Shown here: piece after piece, positions 54,185 through 64,000 of the stretch
How the letters are laid out: every line of letters starts with the position of its first letter
How positions within the stretch are numbered: position 1 is the first letter of the stretch
DNA from: an uncultured Clostridia bacterium
Lineage (GTDB): Bacteria; Bacillota; Clostridia; TANB77; CAG-508
NCBI GenBank assembly: GCA_947584805.1
Contig: CANPWU010000001.1
Location: 45,138 to 109,137 of the forward strand
Direction of reading: 5' to 3'
DNA: 64,000 nt
The notes under the pieces: generated by a model
What the model saw: only the letters and a program-made list of their open reading frames with translations
What the model was told of the DNA's origin: nothing
Database searches by the model: none
Translations under genes and position numbers: made by a program

Positions 54185-54245
54185 ATAAGCTATGAGCAAG
54201 TGCTCGTAGATTACGCAAATAAAAATCACACTATTGTTTTAAACC

Positions 54246-54506
54246 TTATAAAATTTTTGTGTCCTTAGTCACAATGAAACGGCAGAAGTATTTTTTGCCG
54301 TTAAAGATGGAATCAGGCACAAAGTTAGAAACATGACGCATGATAAAATCCAAATCATGTTTATAGCAATAGCCAACCAAGGAAACCTCCTGACCTTCAG
54401 CTATTGCTCTTTGCCGTGCACTTTCGAACATTGTACGAAAGGCATCAGTTCGACTGGAATAAGAACGTCTGTCGCTAATCTCCCTTGTAAAATTGATGTA
54501 TATCAT
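54246..54506 (-). CDS. Hypothetical 86 aa protein, compositionally foreign
   Basis: GC-richer ORF with RBS ggagg and promoter ttgcag, a 17 nt spacer, then tataat with TGTG (54585-54613). One in-frame CGG Arg codon (54414-54416). Confidence 0.55.
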   Translation of the reverse strand: MIYINFTREISDRRSYSSRTDAFRTMFESARQRAIAEGQEVSLVGYCYKHDLDFIMRHVSNFVPDSIFNGKKYFCRFIVTKDTKIL

Positions 54507-54707
54507 ATCATTCCTCCAGTTGAAATAAAAGTGTGTGATTTTAATTTGCTTCTACCATAGAGGCTTGCCTCAAATGGTTACTTAATTATATCACATTATG
54601 TAACGTACTGCAATATAAAATTAATCAAATTTTAATAATTTTGTATTGGTTTTTTTAAAAAATTATTGTATAATATAAAATATATAAATAAAAGGGAAAG
54701 TGAACTT

Positions 54708-55176
54708 ATGATTAGAATTAATGAAAAAAGAGAATTTTTACTATACATAATGGAAATAAAACGTCGTTTAAAAATACAACAGATGCTTAGAAAATATGTA
54801 CAACATGGAAGTACAAATGTTTATACCCATTCAAGAAATGTTGCATATAATAGTTTTCTATTTGCTAAATTTTTAGAGAGAAAATTTGGATATAAAATAG
54901 ATTATGAAATTTTAACAGTTGGAGCAATGTTCCATGATTTCTTTTTGTATGATTGGCATAGCCTAGAGCGGTAGACCAAGACTTCATGGGTTTAGACATC
55001 CAATGATTGCAAGTTTAAATGCTCAAAAATTTTATAATATAAATGAAAAAGAGAAAATTATAATAGAATCACATATGTGGCCACTTACACTTAGGAAGTT
55101 TCCTAAAACTATGGAAGCTAAAATAATTTGTCTTGTTGATAAAGGTTGCTCAATTGCAGAGACCTTTAGAAGATAG
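54708..55176 (+). CDS. HD-domain phosphohydrolase; needs a +1 shift at 54969
   Basis: HGSTNVYTHS...AMFHDFFLYDWH, then LEGRPRLHGFRHP...HMWPL...DK after skipping C54969. Confidence 0.7.
54969..54971 (+). other. Zero-frame CGG / +1 site (GAG CGG TAG read as GAG-GGT-AGA)
   Basis: The zero frame stops at the very next codon. The +1 frame carries the second half of the HD domain. Confidence 0.85.
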
Positions 55177-55192
55177 GAGGAAACCTAAAAAA

Positions 55193-56450
55193 ATGAAACT
55201 AGAAGAATATTTATCAAAATTTACAATAGTAACTAGAGATCCAAATTTAGATGCAATGAAATATTTTATGGAGAAGTTTAATCATCCAGAAAAGAAAACA
55301 AAATTTATACATATTGCAGGAACAAATGGAAAAGGCAGTGTTTGCGAAATGATAAATAGTATTCTAGTGAATGCAGGATTTACAGTTGGAAAATATATTT
55401 CGCCACACCTTATAAAATATAATGAAAGAATTAGTGTTAATAATAAGCAAATTACGGATCAAGAAATATCAGATCTTTTAGATGTGATTTCTAAAAAAAT
55501 TGATGAGTATTCTAAAAAACATGATACAATAATAAAAGAATTTGAAGTAATAACTTTGCTCGCATTACTTTATTTTGCAGAAAAGGAATGCGATTTTGTT
55601 GTGCTAGAAACAGGGCTTGGGGGAACTTATGACTGTACAAATATTGCAGATGGAATGGTTTCTATAATTACAGATATTGGTTATGATCATATGGATATTT
55701 TAGGTAATACAATTGAGAAGATAGCTAATAATAAAGCTGGAATTATAAAAAAAGATGCAGATACGGTTATGTATTTTCAAGAAAAAGTTACAGATATAAT
55801 TAAAGAAAAATGTTCAAAAGAAAATAATACTTTACACTTAGCAGATTTAAGTGAAATTAAAAATTATTCTTATGACAAGAAGTTTCAAAAAATAGATTAT
55901 AAATCACATAAAGATATTTTGATAAATCTTAAAGGAAAATGTCAAACATATAATGCTTCTCTTGCACTTGAAACGATTGATATATTAAGAGAAAAAGGCT
56001 ACGCAATTAGTGAAGAAGCGGTAAAAAAAGGTTTAAGCACAGTGGTACATAAAGCAAGATTTGAAACTTTAAGTGAAAATCCAGAAATAATTTTTGATGG
56101 TGGGCATAATGAAAATGCGATTAAAAACTTAAAGAAAATGATTGAACAATATTATAAAAATGACAAGAAGACATATATTATTTCGGTTTTAAAATCAAAA
56201 GATTACAAAACACTTATAAAGCTACTTACAGAAGATAAAAACGCAAACTTTATCTTTACTAGTGGAAATAGTGAAACAAGATATGTCCCAAAAGAAGAAC
56301 TATATAATGAGGCAAAAAAGTATTTAAACAAGAATATATATATAAGCAATTTAAATGAGGCAGTAGAAAATGCAAAAAATGGAAAATATAAAGGAGTTAC
56401 TTTTATAGTGCGGTAGCTTTTATGTATATGGAGATGTAACAGTTCAATAA
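55193..56450 (+). CDS. folC: Folylpolyglutamate synthase / dihydrofolate synthase; needs a +1 shift at 56411
   Basis: HIAGTNGKGS P-loop and the Mur ligase fold. C-terminal FIVGSFYVYGD is obtained by skipping C56411. Confidence 0.85.
56411..56413 (+). other. Zero-frame CGG / +1 site (GTG CGG TAG read as GTG-GGT-AGC)
   Basis: Restores the conserved C-terminal GS.Y motif and moves the stop to 56448-56450. Confidence 0.8.
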
Positions 56451-56557
56451 ACTGTTACTTTTTTTATTAAACGATTGGTCAGTTTTGTATATTTATTTAT
56501 AATTATGTGATAAAATTACATAGTTATAATTTTTAATATACAAGAAAGGAAAATTTT

Positions 56558-58267
56558 ATGGACAAAAGAATATTTGAACCTCTAGAAATTAGAGACTTAA
56601 AAGACATGCTTGATAAAACTGGAAAATTATATGGAGATAAAAAAGCATATAAAATAAAGAAAGATGAAAAATATATTACTTATACTCATAAAGAAGTAAG
56701 GGATATGATAAATTATTTAGGAACTGCATTAATTAATATGGGGCTAAAAGATAAAAGAATTGCAGTAATTGGAAACAACAGGTATGAATGGGAAATAGCA
56801 TATTTATCAGTTGTATGTGGTACGGGCATAATAGTACCTTTAGATAAATCATTAACAGAAGTAGAACTTGCAAATTTAATTGAAAAATCAGAAGTTGAGG
56901 CAATATTTTGCCCAGAAAAATATGTAAAAACTTTGGAAGAATTCAAACATAATGGGGTAGGAAAATTAAAACACATAATTTCAATGGATTTAGAGCTACA
57001 TAAAAATGGAGTCCTTTCTCAAAAAGAATTGATTGAAGAAGGGAAAAAACTGATAAATAATGGTGATACAAGATTTATAAATGCTGAGATTCATCCAAGA
57101 AAAATGAGCATTATGCTATTCACATCGGGTACAACATCAGAGCCTAAAATAGTAGCTTTATCCCATAGAAATATATGTGCAAATTTAATGGATATAAGCT
57201 CAGTTTTAGATGTAAATTCAGATGATGTATTTTTATCTGTACTTCCAATACATCATGTATTTGAATGTACAGTTGGATTTTTATTTTCTCTATATAGAGG
57301 AGCAATGACAGTATTTTGTGATGGATTAAGATATATTTCAAAAAATTTAAAAGAATATAAAGTTTCAATAATGGCATGTGTTCCATCAATATATGAAAAA
57401 ATATTGAAAAATATGAAGGCTAATCTACAAAAAGAAGGTAAGCTAAAAAAGGTATTAGAAGATGAAGAAAAATATAAAGATTTACCAATAGAAGAAAGAA
57501 AAAAGAAATTTAAAGAAATCCAAGATTTACTTGGAGGAAATATAAAGCTATTAATTAGTGGTGCTGCAGCTCTTGAACGTTCTGTTGAAAATGAATATAG
57601 GCTATTAGGATTTAATCTTGTACAAGGATATGGTTTAACCGAAACATCTCCAGTAGTTGCAGTTGGTTCTAATAGATTTCATAAAGTTGGATCAATAGGA
57701 AAATCAGTTCCAAGTGTTGAAGCAAAAATAGTAGATGTGAATGATGAAGGAATTGGAGAATTAGTTGTAAAAGGACCTAGCATAATGCTTGAATATTACA
57801 ATAATAAAGAAGCAACAGAGACTGTATTTGATAATGGTTGGTTTTATACAGGTGATTTAGCAAGAATAGATGATGAAGGATATATATTTATTTGTGGAAG
57901 AAAAAAGAGCGTTATAGTTTTAAAAAATGGAAAAAACATTTTCCCAGAAGAAATAGAAAATTTAGTTAATCGTATTGAAGGAGTGAATGAATCTTTTATA
58001 TTTGGAAAGCAAATAACAGATGATAAAGATGATATTAAAATAAATGTAAAAGTTGTTATTGATAAAGAAAGGGTAAAGGAAGTATATAAAGTAGAAACAG
58101 AAGAAGAAATATATAATGCAATACATGGAAAGATAAAAGAAATTAATAAAATTATGCCACAATATAAAGCAATAAGAGGGATGATAATAACTGAAGAACC
58201 ACTTATAAAAACTACTACTAACAAGATAAAAAGGCAAGAAAATTTGAAAGCTATATATAATAAATAA
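56558..58267 (+). CDS. Long-chain acyl-CoA synthetase (AMP-forming), paralog of 51074-52783
   Basis: FTSGTTSEPK, GYGLTET, YTGDLA; the same 569 aa length as the paralog. Confidence 0.8.
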   Translation: MDKRIFEPLEIRDLKDMLDKTGKLYGDKKAYKIKKDEKYITYTHKEVRDMINYLGTALINMGLKDKRIAVIGNNRYEWEIAYLSVVCGTGIIVPLDKSLTEVELANLIEKSEVEAIFCPEKYVKTLEEFKHNGVGKLKHIISMDLELHKNGVLSQKELIEEGKKLINNGDTRFINAEIHPRKMSIMLFTSGTTSEPKIVALSHRNICANLMDISSVLDVNSDDVFLSVLPIHHVFECTVGFLFSLYRGAMTVFCDGLRYISKNLKEYKVSIMACVPSIYEKILKNMKANLQKEGKLKKVLEDEEKYKDLPIEERKKKFKEIQDLLGGNIKLLISGAAALERSVENEYRLLGFNLVQGYGLTETSPVVAVGSNRFHKVGSIGKSVPSVEAKIVDVNDEGIGELVVKGPSIMLEYYNNKEATETVFDNGWFYTGDLARIDDEGYIFICGRKKSVIVLKNGKNIFPEEIENLVNRIEGVNESFIFGKQITDDKDDIKINVKVVIDKERVKEVYKVETEEEIYNAIHGKIKEINKIMPQYKAIRGMIITEEPLIKTTTNKIKRQENLKAIYNK

Positions 58268-58334
58268 TACAAAAAGCCACCAAAGAAAAATCTCTTTGGT
58301 GACTTTCATATATGAATAAATGCTTTTTTTAGTT

Positions 58335-58886
58335 TTAATTAATTATTTCATCTAACCATTTTTTCATATTAAATAATATTTCATCTAAAGAATATGTACT
58401 TTCATTTCTAAAATATTTTAAGAGTTCCATTAATATTCCATTCATAAGAAACGAAATATCAAGTAAAAGGTATTTATCTTTATTTTTGTCTTTTAACGCA
58501 TTGTAGATTTTATGATTAGCAATATTTTTTAATTTTTCCAAAAATAAAAGAGATTCATTGGCAGATAATAGTAGTTTATATGTTTCCTCATTATCTTTTA
58601 AACATTGTATAATATTGTCGAAATAATTTTTAATATCTTGTTTTGAATATAATTTTAAATCTTCACTGCACAAAAGTTCAATTGTTTGTAATTCATAGTC
58701 ATGTGCTACTTCATATATATTATCATAATGAGTATAAAATGTACTTCTAGTAAGTTCAGCTCTTTTTACTAATTCTGTGACAGTTACTTTATTCAACTGC
58801 TTTTTTTCATTAAGTAACTCTGCAAAGGTTTTTTTTATTAAATTTCTTGTTTTAATTGAAGATGAATTTATACCTTGTACTTTCAT
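58335..58886 (-). CDS. TetR/AcrR family transcriptional regulator
   Basis: N-terminal HTH region LNKVTVTELVKRAELTRSTFYTHY. The start is set at the second ATG (RBS ggaaagga). Confidence 0.8.
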   Translation of the reverse strand: MKVQGINSSSIKTRNLIKKTFAELLNEKKQLNKVTVTELVKRAELTRSTFYTHYDNIYEVAHDYELQTIELLCSEDLKLYSKQDIKNYFDNIIQCLKDNEETYKLLLSANESLLFLEKLKNIANHKIYNALKDKNKDKYLLLDISFLMNGILMELLKYFRNESTYSLDEILFNMKKWLDEIIN

Positions 58887-58960
58887 AATTAATCCTTTCC
58901 GCATAAAAATGCTAAATTATTATATCACGGATTTACAAAAAAATAAATACAATTTCAGAA

Positions 58961-58984
58961 AATGTGTCTAAATTTAGACACATT
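58961..58984. promoter_or_regulatory. Candidate TetR operator (perfect 24-bp palindrome)
   Basis: aatgtgtctaaatttagacacatt lies in the divergent tetR / MMPL intergenic region. Confidence 0.55.
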
Positions 58985-59064
58985 CTTTAAGTTTATACTT
59001 TCAAAAAAGGAATAAAGAGAGTATAATATTATATTGTAGTTAAAAAAGAAGGGAAGGATTTACG

Positions 59065-62000
59065 TTGAGAAAAATTACAGACTTTGTAATAAACAAAAGA
59101 CATTTTATATTAACTTTATTTATAATATTTACAATAGTTTCAGCAATATTATCATCAAAAGTAAAAATTAATTATGACATAGCAGAATATTTGCCAGACA
59201 CATCAGAAACAAGAATTGGTATGGACATTATGGAGGAAGAATTTGCAGGAACGGAAACAAGTACTCTAAACTTAATGTTTGAAAATTTGGTAGATGAAGA
59301 AAAAGCAGATATAAAAAGTGAACTAGAAGCAATAAGTGGAGTTAAAGAAGTAGATTATGATGAGACAGAAAATTATAACAAAGAAAATTATACTTTGTAT
59401 GTAATTACAGTAGATGATGAATCTGATTCCCAAATGGCAACTGATGTATATAAAGAGGTAACAAGTAAATATAAAGATTATACATTTTATACAAGTGGAA
59501 GCGTAGACGAGACAAATAAAGATGTATTACCAATTTGGATCGTTGTACTTGCTGTTGCATGTGCACTAGTTATTTTACTTATAATGTGTGAATCTTATGT
59601 TGAACCTTTTCTATTTTTAACATCAATACTTATGGCAGTTGTTTTAAATAAAGGTACAAATGTTATATTTCCAAATGTATCAAATATAACAAATTCAATA
59701 GTTGCAATATTGCAAATGGCTTTATCTATGGATTATTCAATAATGTTAATGAATAGATATGACCAAGAAAAGAAGATAGAAAAAGACAAAGTAAAAGCAA
59801 TGAAAAATGCTTTATATAAAGCATTTCAAGCAATATCAAGCAGTTCTGTTACAACAATAGTTGGACTTTTAGCATTAGTATTTATGAGTTTTAAAATAGG
59901 AAAAGATTTAGGATTTGTTTTGGCAAAAGGAGTGTTATTTAGTCTAATTTGCATTTTCTTTGTACTCCCAGATTTAATATTAATGTTTGACAAGTGGATT
60001 GTAAAGTCGAGAAAGAAAAGCCCAAATATCAAGTTAGACGGATTAGGAAAATATAGCTATAAGATAAGATATATTGCAGTTCCATTGTTCCTTGTAATAT
60101 TTATTGGAAGCTTTGTTCTAAAAGGAAATTTAGGAATTGACTATACAGATTCTGAGACGGACAAAATTAATGAAATATTTGATGAAAATAATCAAATAGC
60201 AATTATCTATAAAAATGAAGATGAAGAAAAAATTTCTAAATATTTGGAAAAGCTTGAGAACACTGAAAAAATAGATGAAGTGTTAGGCTATGGAAATACA
60301 ATAAATGAAAAATTAACTTATGATAAATTAAATGATAAGTTTAGTGATTTAGGCTCAGATGTTACTGTAGAAGATTATTTGTTAAAAATAGTATATTATG
60401 ATTATTATAACAAAGATAAAAGCGAAACTATGACTTTTGACGAGTTCGTAAAATTTATTGAAGAAGAAGCTTATAACAACGAGAAAACAAATGAAAAAAT
60501 TGATGCTAAGACAAAAAGTGATATTACAAGATTAAAGAACTTTATTACAGTATCTAATATGAATAAGCAAAGAACGTCAAGTGAAATAGCAAGCATTCTA
60601 GAAATTGATAAAAGTGATGTAGATGACTTATTCATTTACTATTTATCTAAAAATAACAATACAAAAATTAGCATAAATGAATTTGTGAGCTTTATGAATA
60701 AAGATGTTTTACCAAATGCAAAGTACAGTAGCAAAGTTGATTCTGCAAGTAAAAACAAATTAAATACTTTGTCTAAATTCATAGATAAGCAAACAATACA
60801 AACCAAAATGACAAGTGATGAAATGTCAAAACTCTTTGAAATTGATAAGAGTACAATGGATGATTTATATAAGTATTATATATTAGTAAATGACATTGAT
60901 ATAAAAATGACGATTTCAGAATTTTCAAACTTTGTTATAAATAATGTACTAACAGATAGTACATATTCAAGTAGTTTTGATGAAGCAACAATTCAAAATA
61001 TAAAATTATTACAAATATTTAGCAATATGGATTTGATTTCTAAACAAATGAACATCAAAGAGTTAGCTAGTTTGTTTGGAATAGATCAAAATAAGGCAAC
61101 TCAAGTTTTACTTTTAAAAGCTATTAAAGAAACTGGAAAGATACCAGGAAATGTTACAGAATTAACTGCAACACCTTATGAATTTGTAAAAGTTATATTA
61201 GATAATAAAGATATGGACGTTGTAAAAAACAGTGTAGATGAAGCTACAATGCAAAAATTGCAGTTATTATCTGTTATTATGACGAGTAGCATGAACAATG
61301 TAAAATATACATATAAGGAACTTTCACAGGTTATTGGAATAGATGTGGGTAGCACAAAAAATATTTATACATTATATTTAATAGCACAAAATAATACCAC
61401 TTTGACTCCTCAAGAATTTGTTAATTTTGTACTTGAACACAAAAATGACAGCACACTCTCAGGGAAAATTGAAAGTAATACTATTAGTGAATTAAATCTG
61501 CTTCAATCAGTAATGAATGGAGTTATAGCTAACAAAAAATATAGTAATAATGAATTATCTTCTCTATTAAGTATAGACAAAGAAAATTCAAACTTACTTT
61601 ATGGATTATATACTTTTAAATATGTAAATAAAAATCCTAAGTTATCATTAAAAGATTTTGTAAGCTTTTTGCTTAAAGATGTAGTTACAAACAAAGAATA
61701 TTCAAGTAACTTTGATAATGAAAAAATATCAAAGTTAAATACAGTAAATAGCATTATGACTGCTACAGTAAATGGTACTAAATATACATCAGATGAAATT
61801 TTTGCAATTTTAAGTAAGTTAAGCAATGATGTAGAGAAAAATACAGTAGAGATGCTTTATACTTATTATGGAAGTAATAAAGATTATAATGATTCATGGG
61901 AAATGACTGTAGAAGAATTTGTAAATTTCCTAAATAATGATGTTTTACAAGATGAACGATTCATAGAATTTATAGATGATGATATGAAAAATGATATAAT

Positions 62001-62700
62001 AAATGCAAAAACAGATATAGATGATGCAAGAGAATTATTAATAGGAGATAATTATTCAAGAGTGGTATTAAATACAAAATTTGATCCAGAATCAGAAGAA
62101 ACTTTTGAATTTGTAAAAAATACAAAAGATATGCTTAAAGAAGATATAGAAAATATTTATGTAATAGGTGATTCTCCTATGGCTTATGAGATAAGTCAGA
62201 CATTTGATGGTGAACTAAACTTTATTACTGTAATAACAATGGTAGCAATATTTATAGTTGTAGCAATTACATTTAAGTCAGTTATTATTCCTATAATATT
62301 AGTATTAATAATACAGACAGCAGTTTATCTAACAATGGGTATATTATCAATAGTAGGAGAAAATGTGTACTTTATTTCAATACTTATTGTTCAAAGTATA
62401 TTAATGGGTGCAACTATTGATTATGCAATCCTATACACATCATATTATCTAGAGAACAGAAAAAGTAAAGGAATAAAAGAAGCAGTTATAGCAGCATATA
62501 ATAGGTCAATAAATACAATATTAACTTCAAGTTCTATACTTATTATAGTTACTTTAATTGTTGCATATTTTGCATCAGCAATTGCTGCAAAAATATGTAA
62601 AACAATCTCAGAAGGAACTTTATGTTCTACAATATTGATTATAATGCTACTTCCTGCAGTTCTTGCTTTTTGGGATAGATTTATAAAGAGAAAAGAATAA
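59065..62700 (+). CDS. MMPL/RND-superfamily transporter with a large repeat-containing extracytoplasmic insert
   Basis: TTG start with RBS gaagggaagg. Two MMPL-type TM bundles flank about 530 aa of tandem repeats. Confidence 0.75.
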   Translation: MRKITDFVINKRHFILTLFIIFTIVSAILSSKVKINYDIAEYLPDTSETRIGMDIMEEEFAGTETSTLNLMFENLVDEEKADIKSELEAISGVKEVDYDETENYNKENYTLYVITVDDESDSQMATDVYKEVTSKYKDYTFYTSGSVDETNKDVLPIWIVVLAVACALVILLIMCESYVEPFLFLTSILMAVVLNKGTNVIFPNVSNITNSIVAILQMALSMDYSIMLMNRYDQEKKIEKDKVKAMKNALYKAFQAISSSSVTTIVGLLALVFMSFKIGKDLGFVLAKGVLFSLICIFFVLPDLILMFDKWIVKSRKKSPNIKLDGLGKYSYKIRYIAVPLFLVIFIGSFVLKGNLGIDYTDSETDKINEIFDENNQIAIIYKNEDEEKISKYLEKLENTEKIDEVLGYGNTINEKLTYDKLNDKFSDLGSDVTVEDYLLKIVYYDYYNKDKSETMTFDEFVKFIEEEAYNNEKTNEKIDAKTKSDITRLKNFITVSNMNKQRTSSEIASILEIDKSDVDDLFIYYLSKNNNTKISINEFVSFMNKDVLPNAKYSSKVDSASKNKLNTLSKFIDKQTIQTKMTSDEMSKLFEIDKSTMDDLYKYYILVNDIDIKMTISEFSNFVINNVLTDSTYSSSFDEATIQNIKLLQIFSNMDLISKQMNIKELASLFGIDQNKATQVLLLKAIKETGKIPGNVTELTATPYEFVKVILDNKDMDVVKNSVDEATMQKLQLLSVIMTSSMNNVKYTYKELSQVIGIDVGSTKNIYTLYLIAQNNTTLTPQEFVNFVLEHKNDSTLSGKIESNTISELNLLQSVMNGVIANKKYSNNELSSLLSIDKENSNLLYGLYTFKYVNKNPKLSLKDFVSFLLKDVVTNKEYSSNFDNEKISKLNTVNSIMTATVNGTKYTSDEIFAILSKLSNDVEKNTVEMLYTYYGSNKDYNDSWEMTVEEFVNFLNNDVLQDERFIEFIDDDMKNDIINAKTDIDDARELLIGDNYSRVVLNTKFDPESEETFEFVKNTKDMLKEDIENIYVIGDSPMAYEISQTFDGELNFITVITMVAIFIVVAITFKSVIIPIILVLIIQTAVYLTMGILSIVGENVYFISILIVQSILMGATIDYAILYTSYYLENRKSKGIKEAVIAAYNRSINTILTSSSILIIVTLIVAYFASAIAAKICKTISEGTLCSTILIIMLLPAVLAFWDRFIKRKE
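60430..62040 (+). repeat. About 6.5 tandem protein-level repeats of roughly 80 aa inside the MMPL gene
   Basis: Recurrent pattern (M/L)T..EFV.F...DVL....YSS..D......L..L........KYTS.E(I/M)..L..IDK...DDLY.YY. Confidence 0.7.
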
Positions 62701-62740
62701 TTTATATTTTATTAAATATTAACGAATATGTTTATGCTAT

Positions 62741-62769
62741 TTGAAATTTTATGTAAAATGTGATATAAT
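62741..62769 (+). promoter_or_regulatory. Sigma-A promoter of the 62878 gene
   Basis: ttgaaa, a 17 nt spacer, then tataat with TGTG (tgtgatataat). Confidence 0.5.
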
Positions 62770-62877
62770 ATTATTGTAAAGCCTAAAGTGGCTACATTTT
62801 GGTTACACTTCATAAAACTAAAAAGTGTTACCACAAAAAGCACATTGGCAAAAAAATTAAAAGAAAGGTTGAAAAAA

Positions 62878-63762
62878 ATGAAAAAATCAGTTTTCCAGCG
62901 GCATCCTTGGAGGATCTTGGTAGTGGCTATTGCATGTGTTGCACTTGCAGTAGCAATCATCTACCTTGCAATTCCTATGGCAGATCCAGTGGCAGACACA
63001 GCAAGCAGCAACGAACGCAGTATTCAGACTTTGGACAGCAAAGTGCGGGAAAACAAGAACAGCCCCAGCGTTATTCTTCAAAAAGATCTTGATGATGCCA
63101 ATACGACATCAGAAGAAAAGGTAAAAACATGGGAAGAAATGACGGCCGAGGACAAACACATTCTCTATGATAAGGCTGCTAAGCTTTATATGTCTGGAGA
63201 GTGGGATGGAACCGAGATCATTCTGGATGGGAAAACCCTTAAGCTTGCTTCACAGTGTGGTGGCTACATTTTGGCAGATGGACATCAACTGGCAGGTTAC
63301 CATAACTTAGATATGCCGGACAATGTCAGCCAATACGATTGGAACACAACCAACTGGGTATATGTTCCGGGAAATGGCACATATGTCATAGCTAACAAGC
63401 ACATTGTAAAGTATCTTCGGGGAGAAGAAAATATTCTTCCTGGAGAAGATTTACAGTGGAAGGGAATCCAAAACACGCAAGAGGAGTTAGAAGATATTTC
63501 TACTGATGATTACGTCTATGGTACTTATAAGTATAACAGACCTTTTCTTGAGTGGAATGAGACTAACCAAAAGCTCTATTTGGTAACAGGAAAGGTAGAT
63601 AATCCTGTTGCAATTGGGCAAGAAGGTGGGGAATACTACTTGTATGTTATCCCCGACCTTAATCGTTCGGAAATCGAGTATATCGGGAAATTTTCTGGAA
63701 CTGACATTCCGGAGGGAGAAAATCTTCGGACTCTTGACTTGGAGTCTATAGCTCATAAGTAA
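62878..63762 (+). CDS. Hypothetical membrane-anchored 294 aa protein, compositionally foreign
   Basis: MKKSVFQRHPWRILVVAIACVALAVAIIYLAI signal anchor. GC-richer codons, with four in-frame CGG Arg codons (62899, 63046, 63418, 63727). Confidence 0.6.
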   Translation: MKKSVFQRHPWRILVVAIACVALAVAIIYLAIPMADPVADTASSNERSIQTLDSKVRENKNSPSVILQKDLDDANTTSEEKVKTWEEMTAEDKHILYDKAAKLYMSGEWDGTEIILDGKTLKLASQCGGYILADGHQLAGYHNLDMPDNVSQYDWNTTNWVYVPGNGTYVIANKHIVKYLRGEENILPGEDLQWKGIQNTQEELEDISTDDYVYGTYKYNRPFLEWNETNQKLYLVTGKVDNPVAIGQEGGEYYLYVIPDLNRSEIEYIGKFSGTDIPEGENLRTLDLESIAHK

Positions 63763-63787
63763 AATCATTTATCTTCGCCAATCGTGC

Positions 63788-63824
63788 AAGGAAAGAGCAT
63801 GGGCATTGCCCGTGCTCTTTCCTT
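63788..63824 (+). terminator. Hairpin terminator
   Basis: aaggaaagagcatggg...cccgtgctctttcctt. Confidence 0.6.
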
Positions 63825-63906
63825 TGCTATTACATAGTAAAAAATATTGTTTTTTTACATAATATGATATATAATATTTGAGAATAATAGAAAAGGTGGA
63901 ATAGTT

Positions 63907-64000
63907 ATGCTAGATCAATTTTCAAGAACTGAATTAATAATAGGAAAAGAAGGAATAGAAAAACTAAAAAATGCAAAGGTTGCAATTTTTGGAATTGGAG
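63907..64000 (+). CDS. ThiF/HesA/TcdA-family adenylyltransferase (3' partial)
   Basis: MLDQFSRTELIIGKEGIEKLKNAKVAIFGIG is the N-terminal Rossmann start. It runs off the window. Confidence 0.6.
   Translation, partial: MLDQFSRTELIIGKEGIEKLKNAKVAIFGIG

Noticed and set aside
58887-58904. Upstream ATG for the TetR gene, which would place CGG as codon 2 (MRKGLIM...)
   Set aside because: The second ATG (58886) has a properly spaced RBS formed by this very stretch (ggaaagga). The CGG is therefore most likely in the 5' UTR.

Overview
This window is a visibly AT-rich, Clostridia-like (Firmicute) chromosomal segment. It is densely packed with housekeeping genes: pfkA, argS, glgP, tmk, nadD, pyrH, frr, ispA-like, uppS, cdsA, rseP, queA, rplU-rpmA, mscL, tgt, rpsB-tsf, carAB, recN, rlmN-stp-pknB, dtd and folC. 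It also holds a GH57/DUF4912/phosphorylase glycogen set, two acyl-CoA synthetases with a TetR/MMPL pair, one tRNA-Trp and a probable 6S RNA. Three things are not explained by ordinary annotation. (1) At least 26 apparent +1 frame breaks occur in 19 otherwise intact, mostly essential genes on both strands. Every one has the same sense-strand context: a zero-frame CGG whose C, if skipped, exposes an in-phase GGN codon that restores a conserved glycine and the rest of the protein. In my hand scan I found no zero-frame CGG encoding Arg in any AT-rich native gene. This is either a systematic, codon-phase-aware artefact or edit, or a CGG-triggered +1 recoding system (hungry-codon or quadruplet decoding). 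(2) Five visibly GC-richer genes form four small islands: an FtsH-like protease bracketed by a 14-bp inverted repeat, two small ORFs, one small ORF, and one membrane-anchored ORF. These use CGG as ordinary in-frame Arg (10 times) with no frame breaks, which conflicts with hypothesis (1) and so gives a built-in test of it. (3) Four CpG-rich imperfect palindromic elements of 124-212 bp sit directly after stop codons in AT-rich spacers. Two of them share related core termini. All coordinates and alignments were made by eye from the sequence; no database search was possible.
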